Position numbers and translations under genes: made by a program. Below the pieces are notes generated by a model, which was given only the letters and a program-made list of their open reading frames with translations, was not told where the DNA came from and did no database searches. A stretch of DNA of 64,000 bases from assembly GCF_058153355.1 (NCBI RefSeq), contig NZ_CM177019.1; one strand, 5' to 3'. Shown in pieces: positions 44,459 to 54,774 of the stretch. How positions within the stretch are numbered: the stretch's first letter is position 1; each line of letters starts with the position of its first letter.

Positions 44459-44766
44459 GTTTTTTTCTTCCTGTACCTGTCTGTGTTGTTCAGGCTCTGC
44501 GGCCTTTAGTCAGTCTATGATACGACGAATCTGTATCGGGACTCATCGATATTAGGTAACAATACGCGGGATGAATACTAAGATTTAGATCTAATGTTAA
44601 TTTTATGTTTAAAGTGAGTGTCATATCACGGTGATAACGCGAAACAGCTCACAAAAATACACGCTTACGTGGTCTTTGCAACACAAAATAGCGCCATTTG
44701 GCAAACTGAAGGGTTTATTGCTGAATGCCTGCTCCCCTCTGGCTCGAGGGGAACAGAATGCGCTGC

Positions 44767-45387
44767 TTAGAGGATTTCCAGCAGTTCGACTTCAAACACC
44801 AGGGTGCTGAACGGAGGGATGGACGCGCCTGCGCCACGCTCGCCATATGCCAGTTCCTGCGGGATAGTCAGTTCCCATTTAGAACCTACCGGCATCAGAG
44901 TCAGTGCTTCAATCCAGCCAGGGATCACGCCGTTAACCGGGAATTCAGCTGGCTCGCCACGGGCAACAGAGCTGTCAAACACAGTGCCGTCGATCAGTTT
45001 ACCGGTGTAATGAACACGAACGCGGTCAGTGCGTGCCGGAATTGCGCCTTCCCCCTGATTGATCACGCGGAATTGCAGGCCAGATTCGGTGCTATTCACA
45101 CCTTCTTTTTTGGCGTTTTCTTCCAGGTATTTCACACCTTCAGCAGCCATCGCCTGGAAACGCTGACGACGAACGGCATCGGCGCGTTCGTGGATTTCAC
45201 GCAGCGCGCGGTGCACCACATCAACCGGAACAGCCGGATGTTTGCCTTCCAGCGCATCGGCAATGCCTGCAACCAGTGCTTCTGGCAGCAGCCCTTCCAG
45301 GCCAGATTCACTCAGTTGTTGCCCTACCTGCAAACCAATGCCGTAGCTTGCTTGCGCTTCGATGGTGTCAAAAGTTGGGGTGGTCAT
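44767..45387 (-). CDS. fklB: FKBP-type peptidyl-prolyl cis-trans isomerase FklB
   Basis: 206-aa product from ATG 45387 ([25 protein letters not shown]...); FKBP domain at the C-terminus. Confidence 0.95.
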
Positions 45388-45604
45388 CGTATTTCCTTTC
45401 TTAGGGTATAAAGTAGCGGGCAGCATATCAGCCACACTTCTTTGGGTAAAACTTTGTCGCGGGAATGATGACAAATCCCGGGGAAAAAGAAACAATAGCA
45501 ATATCCCGTATGAATATAATAAAGGCGGGTTTACCACGGACATCATAGCGTTAGCTTATTCATAGGCTATGATTGAGGAACAAGACGCGGAGCAGGAGGA
45601 AACC

Positions 45605-46243
45605 ATGCCCGGGCGCTTTGAACTAAAACCAACCCTGGAGAAAGTCTGGCACGCGCCGGACAATTTTCGCTTCATGGACCCGCTACCGCCGATGCATCGT
45701 CGGGGGATCATTATTGCCGCTATTGTATTGGTGGTCGGATTTCTACTCCCGTCTGATGATACGCCAAACGCGCCGGTGGTGACGCGTGAAGCACAGTTAG
45801 ATATTCAGTCGCAATCACAACCGCCGACAGAAGAACAGCTGCGGGCGCAATTAGTCACACCACAAAATGATCCTGATCAGGTGGCTCCGGTCGCTCCAGA
45901 ACCGATACAGGAAGGCCAACCGGAAGAGCAGCCGCAAACCTCGCAAGTGCAACCTTTCCAGCCAGATAGCGGAATTGACAATCAATGGCGCTCTTATCGT
46001 GTCGAACCCGGTAAAACAATGGCGCAGCTGTTCCGCGACCACGGACTGCCCGCTACCGATGTCTATGCAATGGCGCAGGTAGAAGGCGCGGATAAGCCAC
46101 TGAGTAATTTGCAAAATGGGCAGATGGTGAAAATCCGCCAGAACGCCAGCGGCGTGGTGACGGGCTTAACCATTGATACGGGAAATAATCAACAGGTCCT
46201 GTTTACCCGCCAGCCGGATGGCAGTTTTATTCGCGCGCGGTAG
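45605..46243 (+). CDS. ytfB: Cell-division protein YtfB (OapA/LysM-like)
   Basis: 212-aa product from ATG 45605 ([42 protein letters not shown]...). Confidence 0.9.
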   Translation: MPGRFELKPTLEKVWHAPDNFRFMDPLPPMHRRGIIIAAIVLVVGFLLPSDDTPNAPVVTREAQLDIQSQSQPPTEEQLRAQLVTPQNDPDQVAPVAPEPIQEGQPEEQPQTSQVQPFQPDSGIDNQWRSYRVEPGKTMAQLFRDHGLPATDVYAMAQVEGADKPLSNLQNGQMVKIRQNASGVVTGLTIDTGNNQQVLFTRQPDGSFIRAR

Positions 46244-46874
46244 ATGAAGGGTCAACCAGAAGCCAGCTAAGGATCGTCTCTTTGATGACCTTACGCCTGG
46301 CTTCCAGTGCCTGCGGTGAAACCATACTGATGTGATAAACCAGGCCAAGCGTATGTTGGTTGATCAAATAATATCCTCCAAGAGCAGCAATATTAATATT
46401 CACCTGCAACGGGTCGATATCTGGCTTAAAAATATTGCGCCGTTTGCCTTCAGCTAATAATGACTCCATTAACTGTAAGTGTGCGTGGTTAATTTCTAAA
46501 AGGCGCTGTGATTTTGCATAATGCACCCCTTTACTCTGGTTTTCACTATGCACAATTTTTAAAAACCAGGGGTTAGCAATGTAATAATCCCAGGTGAAAT
46601 CGATAATTTTCTCAATGGCTTTTTGTGGCGGAAGACCTGAGAAATCAAGGGATTTTTCTTTTTGCCGAATATCATTCCAGGTATATTCCAGCACTTCGAT
46701 AAATAAATTTTCTTTATTACCAAAGTGATGATAAACCGTCTGTTTACTGCACTCCGCGGCCTTGACGATATTATCGACTCTGGCCCCTTCGTAACCATAT
46801 TCGGCAAATTCATTAACCGCACATAACAACAGCTTTTCCTTCAGGCTTTGTACGTTGCTGGTATCAAGATACAT
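46227..46874 (-). CDS. TetR/AcrR-family transcriptional regulator (divergent from the catabolic operon)
   Basis: N-terminal TetR helix-turn-helix ([44 protein letters not shown]); start placed at ATG 46874 (the ORF track begins at a GTG at 46934). Confidence 0.75.
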   Translation of the reverse strand: MYLDTSNVQSLKEKLLLCAVNEFAEYGYEGARVDNIVKAAECSKQTVYHHFGNKENLFIEVLEYTWNDIRQKEKSLDFSGLPPQKAIEKIIDFTWDYYIANPWFLKIVHSENQSKGVHYAKSQRLLEINHAHLQLMESLLAEGKRRNIFKPDIDPLQVNINIAALGGYYLINQHTLGLVYHISMVSPQALEARRKVIKETILSWLLVDPSSTARE

Positions 46875-46996
46875 TCCGCTTCCCCACGTCTTCTTCGTGA
46901 TGACTATCTTAACCCGATTTGTTAGAAGCTCCACTAAAATGGCTAAAAACTCGCAATTTCATCGGGTTATCAAATGCTCTGTGATCATTATCGCAT

Positions 46997-47018
46997 ATCA
47001 ACCAACTAGATGGTTGAT
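46997..47018. promoter_or_regulatory. Perfect 8-bp inverted repeat ATCAACCA-N6-TGGTTGAT in the divergent promoter region (candidate TetR operator)
   Basis: atcaaccaactagatggttgat, between the regulator gene and the first gene of the operon. Confidence 0.4.
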
Positions 47019-47085
47019 CTTTCTTGCCACACATTGCAAGCTAATCGTCACTTAAGGAAATAATATTCAAAAAGAGGGTTATTGT

Positions 47086-47877
47086 ATGAAGTCAACACGT
47101 CCTGTTGCTGTCATCACTGGAGCCGCACGTGGTATTGGAAAGGGCTGTGCACTGGAACTTGCGCGTGGCGGATTTAATCTGCTGATTAATGATCGTCCGG
47201 ATGCCGACAGCGTAGAAAAATTACATGCCACACAACAAGAATGTCTGGCGGAAGGCGTGGAAGTCATTTGCTTCCCTGCCGATGTCGGCGATCTCTCCTT
47301 GCATGAAGAGATGCTCGACGCGGCGCAAAACCAGTGGGGGCGTCTGGACTGCCTGCTCAATAACGCCGGGATTTCAGTGAAAAAACGCGGTGACCTCCTC
47401 GACCTCGAACCAGACAGCTTCGACCAAAACATTGCCATTAACACCCGTGCGCCGTTCTTCCTTGCTCAGGCATTCAGTAAGCGATTACTGGCACAGCCGA
47501 AACCGGAAGCAGAACTGCCGCACCGCTCGATTATTTTTGTCAGTTCCATAAACGCCATCATGCTGGCGATGAATCGCGGCGAATATACCATTGCCAAAAC
47601 TGCCGTCTCCGCCGCAGCTCGCCTGTTTGCCGCTCGCCTTTGCAATGAACAAATTGGCGTTTATGAAGTGCGCCCTGGCCTAATCAAAACCGATATGACC
47701 ATTCCGGCAACGGCTTATTACGACGAACTGATTGCTAAGGGGTTAGTGCCGTGGGGACGTTGGGGTTATCCGGCTGATATTGCCTCAACGGTCCGCGCGA
47801 TGGCGGAAGGCAAACTGATTTACACCTGTGGTCAGGCGGTCGCCATCGACGGCGGCTTAAGTATGCCGCGCTTCTGA
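47086..47877 (+). CDS. Short-chain dehydrogenase/reductase (SDR) family oxidoreductase
   Basis: 263 aa; TGAARGIGKG cofactor motif, NNAG, catalytic YTIAK; RBS AGAGGG. Confidence 0.85.
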   Translation: MKSTRPVAVITGAARGIGKGCALELARGGFNLLINDRPDADSVEKLHATQQECLAEGVEVICFPADVGDLSLHEEMLDAAQNQWGRLDCLLNNAGISVKKRGDLLDLEPDSFDQNIAINTRAPFFLAQAFSKRLLAQPKPEAELPHRSIIFVSSINAIMLAMNRGEYTIAKTAVSAAARLFAARLCNEQIGVYEVRPGLIKTDMTIPATAYYDELIAKGLVPWGRWGYPADIASTVRAMAEGKLIYTCGQAVAIDGGLSMPRF

Positions 47878-47886
47878 GGCTGAATC

Positions 47887-48729
47887 ATGAGAGATCTGTT
47901 ACAACGCCCGGATTTATTCAGTATCAATACTGCGACACTGGGCTATAAAACACCGCTACCTGCCATTATTGATGCCTGCGCCGCACGCGGTATTGGCGCG
48001 ATTGCCCCCTGGCGCAGGGAGTTACAGGGTGAAGATCTCCAACAAATCGCCCGCCAGCTTGCTGCCAGTAACATGAGCGTTTCCGGTTTGTGCCGTAGCA
48101 CCTATTACACCGCGCCGACGCTGACGGAACGCAAACTGGCGATTGATGATAACCGCCGGGCGCTGGACGACGCCGCTGTACTGAACGCCGCCTGTTATAT
48201 GCAGGTGGTTGGCGGTCTGCCAATGGGAACAAAAGATCTGTACGAAGCGCGGGAACAGGTGAAACAAGGGATTCGCCAGTTGCTGCCACATTCGAAAGAT
48301 GTCGGCGTACCAATTGCGCTGGAGCCGCTACACCCGATGACCGCCGCCGATCGCTCTTGCCTGTGCACGTTACGTCAGGCGCTGGACTGGTGTGATGAAC
48401 TCGATCCCGATGGGGAGTTTGGCCTCGGCGTGGCGGTGGATGTTTATCACGTCTGGTGGGACCCGGATCTCGCCAGTCAGATCCTGCGTGCCGGAAAGCG
48501 CATCCTCGCGTTTCATGTTTCCGACTGGCTGGTGCCAACCACCGATTTAGTCAATGACCGGGGAATGCCGGGAGATGGCGTAATCAATATTCCGTCTATT
48601 CGTCGCCAGGTAGAAAATGCCGGATTTAACGGTGCTATTGAACTGGAAATATTCTCACCGTACTGGTGGCAAAAAGATATTAACAGCACACTGGATATTA
48701 GCGTCGATCGCATCGCGCATTATTGCTAA
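47887..48729 (+). CDS. Sugar-phosphate isomerase/epimerase-like TIM-barrel protein (xylose-isomerase-like fold)
   Basis: 280 aa; pattern typical of the AP-endonuclease-2/xylose-isomerase-like TIM-barrel family (family-level call only). Confidence 0.7.
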   Translation: MRDLLQRPDLFSINTATLGYKTPLPAIIDACAARGIGAIAPWRRELQGEDLQQIARQLAASNMSVSGLCRSTYYTAPTLTERKLAIDDNRRALDDAAVLNAACYMQVVGGLPMGTKDLYEAREQVKQGIRQLLPHSKDVGVPIALEPLHPMTAADRSCLCTLRQALDWCDELDPDGEFGLGVAVDVYHVWWDPDLASQILRAGKRILAFHVSDWLVPTTDLVNDRGMPGDGVINIPSIRRQVENAGFNGAIELEIFSPYWWQKDINSTLDISVDRIAHYC

Positions 48730-48732
48730 GGA

Positions 48733-49515
48733 ATGATCATGAGTGACCAACCCGTTCTGTTCAGCAGAGCGGCGGCTTCCTGCCGCCTGACATTGAACCG
48801 TGAAGATAAATGTCATGCTATTAATGAAGAAATGATCGAATCTCTCGACCATTATTTAAATGAAATTGAAAACGACACCACATTACGATTAGTCGAATTA
48901 ACGGCAACCGGCGATAAATTCTTTTGTGCAGGCGGCGATATTAAATCGTGGTCAGCCTATTCGCCATTAGATATGGGCAGAAAATGGATTAAACGCGGCA
49001 ATGACGTTTTTAATCGCCTGCGCAACTTACCCCAATTAACCGTTGCGAATCTCAACGGTCATACCATCGGCGGCGGTATTGAACTTGCCTTGTGCTGTGA
49101 TATTCGTATTGCCCGCCCCGGCGCGAAATTCTCTAACCCGGAAGTGATGCTCGGCATGGTACCTGGCTGGATGGGCATTGAACGCGTGCTTAATCAGGTC
49201 GGTCCGGTGGTCGGTCGCCAGATGCTGATGCTGGGTAAACGCCTGACGGCGCAGGAAGCTCAGGCGGCGAATTTAATTGATGAAGTGGTAGAAAAAGAAC
49301 AGGTGGAAAGCTGGATGGCGAATCAGTTAGCGCAACTGGAAAAATGTGGTCCGGTAGCGCTGGCACATATTAAGCAACTGATTCTGGCGCTGGAAAATAA
49401 ACACGCCGATTACCCGCACCAGTTACTGGCTGGATTAATGTCCGCCACTCAGGATTGCCAGCAGGCGACGCGCGCATTTGCCGAAAAAGCCAGCGTGAGC
49501 TTCCATAATCAATAA
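48733..49515 (+). CDS. Enoyl-CoA hydratase/isomerase (crotonase) family protein
   Basis: 260 aa; crotonase signature region FFCAGGDIKSW ... NGHTIGGGIELALCCDIRIA. Confidence 0.85.
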   Translation: MIMSDQPVLFSRAAASCRLTLNREDKCHAINEEMIESLDHYLNEIENDTTLRLVELTATGDKFFCAGGDIKSWSAYSPLDMGRKWIKRGNDVFNRLRNLPQLTVANLNGHTIGGGIELALCCDIRIARPGAKFSNPEVMLGMVPGWMGIERVLNQVGPVVGRQMLMLGKRLTAQEAQAANLIDEVVEKEQVESWMANQLAQLEKCGPVALAHIKQLILALENKHADYPHQLLAGLMSATQDCQQATRAFAEKASVSFHNQ

Positions 49516-49524
49516 GGAAATTGT

Positions 49525-51066
49525 ATGCGTAAGATAACAACCGCCGAGACACTGGCGGCGCAAATTCAGGACGGCGCAACCATTGCCATTAGCGGTAATG
49601 GCGGTGGCATGGTGGAAGCGGACCATATTCTGGCTGCTATTGAAGCGCGTTTCCTGCAAACCGGACACCCGCGCGATCTGACATTAATCCACTCACTGGG
49701 CATTGGCGATCGCGACTGCAAAGGCACTAACCGCTTCGCTCATGCAGATATGCTCAAACGCATCATTGCCGGACATTTTACCTGGTCGCCCAAGATGCAG
49801 GATCTGGTGAAAAACAATGCTATTGAAGCCTACTGCTTCCCTGGTGGCGTAATTCAGGCACTGCTGCGGGAGATCGGTGCCGGACGTCCAGGGCTTTTTA
49901 CCCACGTTGGGCTGGGATCGTTTGTTGATCCGCGCAACGGCGGCGGTAAGTCGAACGCCAGCACCACTGAGGATCTGGTAGAACTGATTGAAATCGACGG
50001 TGAAACCAAACTTCGTTATCGCCCTTTCAAAGTGGACTACGCGATTTTGCGTGGCACTTATGCCGATCCGCGTGGCAACGTCAGCCTCGAAGAAGAGGCG
50101 ATTGATATGGATAGCTATTCCATGGCGCTGGCAGCACACAACAGCGGCGGCAAAGTGTTCGTACAGGTGCGCGATGTGCTGGAAGCTGGTGCCATTGAAC
50201 CACGCCGGGTCAAATTACCGGGCATTCTGGTTGATGGCATCGTTGAACACCGCGAACAACCGCAAACCTATCTTGGCGGTTACGACCTGACCATCAGCGG
50301 TCAGCATCGCCGTCTAAGTTCTAACGACGCTATTGAACTGGTTAGTCATCCGGTGCGCCGCCTGATTGCCCGTCGGGCAGCACGCGAACTGGTGGCTGGC
50401 GCTTCAACCAACTTTGGCTTTGGTATTCCGGGCGGTATTCCAGGAGTAGCGCTGCGCGAAGGCGTGCCTTATCAAAGTTTATGGCTGAGCGTAGAACAGG
50501 GCGTACATAACGGCATGATGCTGGATGATGCTCTGTTCGGCTGCGCCCGTAACGCCGATGCCATTATTCCATCACTCGATCAATTCGAATTCTACAGTGG
50601 CGGAGGGATCGATATCACCTTCCTCGGCATGGGAGAGATGGATCAGTACGGTAACGTCAACGTCTCCCATCTCAATGGCAATCTCATTGGCCCCGGCGGA
50701 TTTCTCGAAATTGCGCAAAACGCCCGTAAAGTGGTGTTCTGCGGCACGTTCGACGCCAAAGGTAGCAAGATTGATGTAACACCAGATGGCTTGCATATTG
50801 CCCAGTCAGGTCAAATCCCTAAACTGGTTACCCAGGTGGAAAAAATCACTTTTAGCGCCGCCTACGCACAGCAAAGCGGTCAGGAAGTGTTGTATATCAC
50901 TGAACGTGCAATATTCCAGTTAACGGCAGAAGGCGTTGAATTAATTGAAATCGCACCAGGTGTGGAGATTGAGCGCGACATTCTGCCATATATGGCTTTC
51001 CGTCCAATTATCAATCAGCCACGCCTGATGGAAAGTAGCCTGTTTACGCCGATGGAGGATGCATGA
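49525..51066 (+). CDS. Fused alpha/beta family-I CoA-transferase (acyl-CoA:acetate/3-ketoacid CoA-transferase-like)
   Basis: 513 aa; resembles fused short-chain acyl-CoA transferases (YdiF type); stop overlaps the next start (ATGA). Confidence 0.75.
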   Translation: MRKITTAETLAAQIQDGATIAISGNGGGMVEADHILAAIEARFLQTGHPRDLTLIHSLGIGDRDCKGTNRFAHADMLKRIIAGHFTWSPKMQDLVKNNAIEAYCFPGGVIQALLREIGAGRPGLFTHVGLGSFVDPRNGGGKSNASTTEDLVELIEIDGETKLRYRPFKVDYAILRGTYADPRGNVSLEEEAIDMDSYSMALAAHNSGGKVFVQVRDVLEAGAIEPRRVKLPGILVDGIVEHREQPQTYLGGYDLTISGQHRRLSSNDAIELVSHPVRRLIARRAARELVAGASTNFGFGIPGGIPGVALREGVPYQSLWLSVEQGVHNGMMLDDALFGCARNADAIIPSLDQFEFYSGGGIDITFLGMGEMDQYGNVNVSHLNGNLIGPGGFLEIAQNARKVVFCGTFDAKGSKIDVTPDGLHIAQSGQIPKLVTQVEKITFSAAYAQQSGQEVLYITERAIFQLTAEGVELIEIAPGVEIERDILPYMAFRPIINQPRLMESSLFTPMEDA

Positions 51067-53135
51067 GTCAGCTTGATGACACCCTCCTTGATGCGCTGAC
51101 GCACGTCACTTTCCCGAAGGGTTTTGTGTCAGCAGAGCCAGCGTCAATTGTCACGGTTGAAGATGTCGATTACCCGATCTGGCAAGTTGATGCGCTAGTC
51201 GTTGGTAGCGGCGCGGCAGGGCTGCGCGCAGCGGTTGAACTTAAGCGCCGCCAGCAAAATGTGCTGATCGCCTCCGCCGGGTTATATATGGGGACATCGG
51301 CATGTTCTGGTTCCGATAAACAGACGCTGTTTACCGCCGCTACCGCGGGCAACGGCGATAACTTCGCCAAACTGGCGGAAGCACTGGCGAGCGGTGGGGC
51401 GATGGATCACGACACCGCTTATGTCGAAGCGGTAGGTTCTCTGCACACTCTTGGCGGGTTGCAATATCTTGGTCTGGAATTACCGGAAGATCGCTATGGC
51501 GCAATTCTTCGTTATCAAACCGACCATGACGAAGCCGGGCGAGCAACCTCGTGTGGGCCGCGTACTTCTCGCCTAATGGTGAAAGTATTGCTGGAGGAAG
51601 TGCAGCGTCTTGCCATACCACTACTGACCAGTGCAACGGTGATTAAGCTCCTGCATCAGCACGGAGAGAATGGCGAAGATCGCGTTGCGGGGGCTATTCT
51701 CGCAACCGGTTCCCGCGCCTATAACCCCTGGGGGCTGGCTATTGTGACGGCGCCCAATGTGGTACTGGCAACGGGCGGACCGGGCGAGCTTTATCGCGAC
51801 AGTGTTTATCCACATAAATGCTTCGGCTCGCTGGGACTGGCACTGGAAGAAGGTTTGACGCTAACCAATCTGACCGAAAGCCAGTTTGGTATAGGCACGC
51901 CGCGCAGCACGTTTCCGTGGAATTTGTCCGGCACCTATGTACAGGTGATCCCATATATCTATTCCGTGGATGCCGGGGGCAACGAGTATAACTTCCTCGC
52001 AGATTACTATCGCACCACCCAGGAGCTGGCTTCAAACATCTTCCGTAAAGGCTATCAGTGGCCGTTTCACGCCACACGAGTGATGGATTTTGGCTCCAGC
52101 TTGTTAGATATGGCAGTAGCGCAAGAGCAGCAATCAGGACGTCAGGTATTTATGGATTTCAATCGCAATCCTGAACCTGTGCCGGGTGACCTGCCGTTCT
52201 CATTAGATCGACTGGACGACGACGTTCGCGCGTATCTGGAAAATAACGACGCTCTGGCACCATCGCCCATCGAACGACTGCAACGAATGAATCCGCTGTC
52301 TATCTCGCTGTATAAGATGCACGGTTACGATCTCACCACGCAGCCATTGCAGTTTGCCATGAATAATCAGCATATAAATGGCGGCATTGAAGTGGATATC
52401 TGGGGGCAAACCTCCCTGCCCGGATGTTTCGCCGTGGGGGAAGTTGCTGGCACACACGGCGTCACTCGCCCTGGTGGTGCGGCATTGAATGCCGGGCAGG
52501 TTTTTGCTGTTCGTCTGGCACGTTTTATTGGTTGCACGCAAAAACGTAATATTGATGGAGATATAGCACAGCTGGTAGCTCCGGCACTGGCTTCTATAAG
52601 AGAGATCATTACTCAGGCGCACGATAACGGGACCGGGATGCCGTTGTCGGTTGTGAGGGAAAAAATTCAGGCACGAATGTCTGACTACGCGGGATTTATT
52701 TGCCATGCCGATAAAGTCCGACGCGCCACTCGTGATGCCCTGCTATTGAACGAATTTGTGCAACGGCATGGATTGGCAATCAAACATGTGGGTGAAGTTG
52801 CCGAGCTATTTATGTGGCGGCATATGGCGCTGACTTCTGCCGCGGTATTAACACAATTAACGCATTATATTGATGCTGGTGGTGGTAGCCGTGGGGCGCG
52901 TATGGTTATTGATCCACAAGGCAAATGCCTACCACAAACTCGTCGCGGCGCAAAAGAAGAATGGCGTTTTCGCTCTGAACTCGCTGAAGACAAAAATCAC
53001 AAATTAACAATTCAATATTCGCAAGGTTCTTTTATTACCGAAGTAAAGTCTTTACGTATGCAACCGTGTATTAACGGTATTTACTTTGAAAAAAACTGGC
53101 CAGACTTTTTAAAGGGAGACATTTACACACAGTAA
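51063..53135 (+). CDS. FAD-dependent oxidoreductase (fumarate-reductase/succinate-dehydrogenase flavoprotein-like superfamily)
   Basis: 690 aa; N-terminal dinucleotide-binding motif DALVVGSGAAGLRAAVEL and a second glycine-rich region (VLATGGPGELY). Confidence 0.75.
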   Translation: MSQLDDTLLDALTHVTFPKGFVSAEPASIVTVEDVDYPIWQVDALVVGSGAAGLRAAVELKRRQQNVLIASAGLYMGTSACSGSDKQTLFTAATAGNGDNFAKLAEALASGGAMDHDTAYVEAVGSLHTLGGLQYLGLELPEDRYGAILRYQTDHDEAGRATSCGPRTSRLMVKVLLEEVQRLAIPLLTSATVIKLLHQHGENGEDRVAGAILATGSRAYNPWGLAIVTAPNVVLATGGPGELYRDSVYPHKCFGSLGLALEEGLTLTNLTESQFGIGTPRSTFPWNLSGTYVQVIPYIYSVDAGGNEYNFLADYYRTTQELASNIFRKGYQWPFHATRVMDFGSSLLDMAVAQEQQSGRQVFMDFNRNPEPVPGDLPFSLDRLDDDVRAYLENNDALAPSPIERLQRMNPLSISLYKMHGYDLTTQPLQFAMNNQHINGGIEVDIWGQTSLPGCFAVGEVAGTHGVTRPGGAALNAGQVFAVRLARFIGCTQKRNIDGDIAQLVAPALASIREIITQAHDNGTGMPLSVVREKIQARMSDYAGFICHADKVRRATRDALLLNEFVQRHGLAIKHVGEVAELFMWRHMALTSAAVLTQLTHYIDAGGGSRGARMVIDPQGKCLPQTRRGAKEEWRFRSELAEDKNHKLTIQYSQGSFITEVKSLRMQPCINGIYFEKNWPDFLKGDIYTQ

Positions 53136-53227
53136 TTTTCAATATTTACTCTGTACCTGATTTTTATTGCCTATTACATGGAAATACCAACAACCAGGGT
53201 TTATTAATATAATTAAAAGGTTTAAAA

Positions 53228-54505
53228 ATGAATAAAATAAAGAATTATCGATGGCATATGATTGCCCTCGTATGCTTTATCACTGTAATCAATTATCTGG
53301 ACAGAACGGCGTTAGGTATTGCGGCTCCAACGATTATGGAGACAACCGGAATAACCAAAGAACAATATTCATGGATTGTCAGTGCATTCCAGTTGGCCTA
53401 TACATTGGGGCAACCGGTAATGGGCTTCTTTATTGATACCGTGGGTCTGAAGTTAAGTTTTGCGATATGTGCCGCAATCTGGGGCCTGGCGACAATGGGG
53501 CATGCCTTGACAGGAACATGGTCAGGTCTGGCATTTATGCGCGCCCTGATGGGTTTCAGCGAAGCATCGGCAATTCCTGCGGGTGTAAAAACCGCATCAA
53601 CATGGTTCCCGGCAAAAGAGCGTGGCGTGGCGACAGGTGTTTTCAATATGGGCACCTCACTCGGCGCGATGCTTGCTCCACCGTTGATTGCCTGGTGCAT
53701 TATGTTTCATAGCTGGCAATTTGCGTTTATTGTCTCAGGTAGCCTTGCTTTACTCGCGGCTTTATTTTGGTTCTTTTGTTATAAAGATCCAAAAGATGCT
53801 AAACGCCTTTCTGATGAAGAGCGCCACTATATTGAGTCTGGGCAAGAACAGCATCTTAAAACAGATAAGAAAGAAAAAACGTCAATCAAGCATATCCTCA
53901 GCCAACGTAATTTCTGGGGGATTGGCATCGCGCGTTTTCTCGCTGACCCGGCATGGGGAACCATTAACTTCTGGGTACCGATTTTCTTCGTCGAAACGCT
54001 GCATTTTAGCCTGAAAGAAATTGCCATGTTCGTCTGGCTGCCTTTCCTGCTGGGCGATCTCGGCTGTTTAGCCAGTGGTTTTGTCGCGAAGTTCTTCCAC
54101 GATCGCGGCGTGAGTTTAATTAACTCACGAAGAATTACCTTCACTATTGCAGCCGTCATTATGATGACGATTGGTCTGGTGAGTATTGTCGAAAATCCCT
54201 ACATCGCCGTATTACTGATTAGCATTGGCGCATTCTCGCATCAATGTCTTTCTACTGTAGCAGCAACTCTGGGCGGTGACCTATTCAAAAAAGACGAAGT
54301 AGCTACCGCAGTGGGTATGGCAGGAGCCTGTGCGTGGAGCGGTCAGTTGATTTTCAACCTGTTCATCGGGGCATTCGTTCACATTATCGGCTTCGCGCCG
54401 TTCTTTATTGCCCTGGCTTTCTTTGACATTATTGGTGCTATTGCGTTGTGGACGCTTATCAAAGTTAAAGATGAAGAACCACAAGTACAGTTAGCTACCC
54501 ACTAA
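53228..54505 (+). CDS. MFS transporter, anion:cation symporter (ACS) family, ExuT-like (hexuronate / sugar-acid type)
   Basis: 425 aa, about 12 TM helices; N-terminus (MNKIKNYRWHMIALVCFITVINYLDRTALGIAAPTIME...WFPAKERGVATGVFNMGTSLGAMLAPPLIAW) closely parallels hexuronate-transporter family proteins. Confidence 0.8.
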   Translation: MNKIKNYRWHMIALVCFITVINYLDRTALGIAAPTIMETTGITKEQYSWIVSAFQLAYTLGQPVMGFFIDTVGLKLSFAICAAIWGLATMGHALTGTWSGLAFMRALMGFSEASAIPAGVKTASTWFPAKERGVATGVFNMGTSLGAMLAPPLIAWCIMFHSWQFAFIVSGSLALLAALFWFFCYKDPKDAKRLSDEERHYIESGQEQHLKTDKKEKTSIKHILSQRNFWGIGIARFLADPAWGTINFWVPIFFVETLHFSLKEIAMFVWLPFLLGDLGCLASGFVAKFFHDRGVSLINSRRITFTIAAVIMMTIGLVSIVENPYIAVLLISIGAFSHQCLSTVAATLGGDLFKKDEVATAVGMAGACAWSGQLIFNLFIGAFVHIIGFAPFFIALAFFDIIGAIALWTLIKVKDEEPQVQLATH

Positions 54506-54520
54506 TTATTTTAAATAAAA

Positions 54521-54549
54521 ACGCTATAATTGAGGTTATGGCGTTTTTA
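54521..54549 (+). terminator. Rho-independent terminator after the MFS transporter gene
   Basis: acgctataa-ttgagg-ttatggcgt stem followed by ttttt. Confidence 0.5.
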
Positions 54550-54774
54550 AAGAAGCTTGAGTTATCGAACCTCGCTTACCAACGCGTTGTCAGTCATCTC
54601 CCCCCTCCCTGGTGCATCGTTATATCCGTGATGAGCGATTTTTGATATTAATATCTTTCACCATCCGCTATTTTCACCACTTCAGAAAACAAACTTATTT
54701 TTATTAATATCAATTCTTTTTCTTTGAACATTCAACTGCGATATTTGTAAAAATATTAAACAGGCAACAATAAA

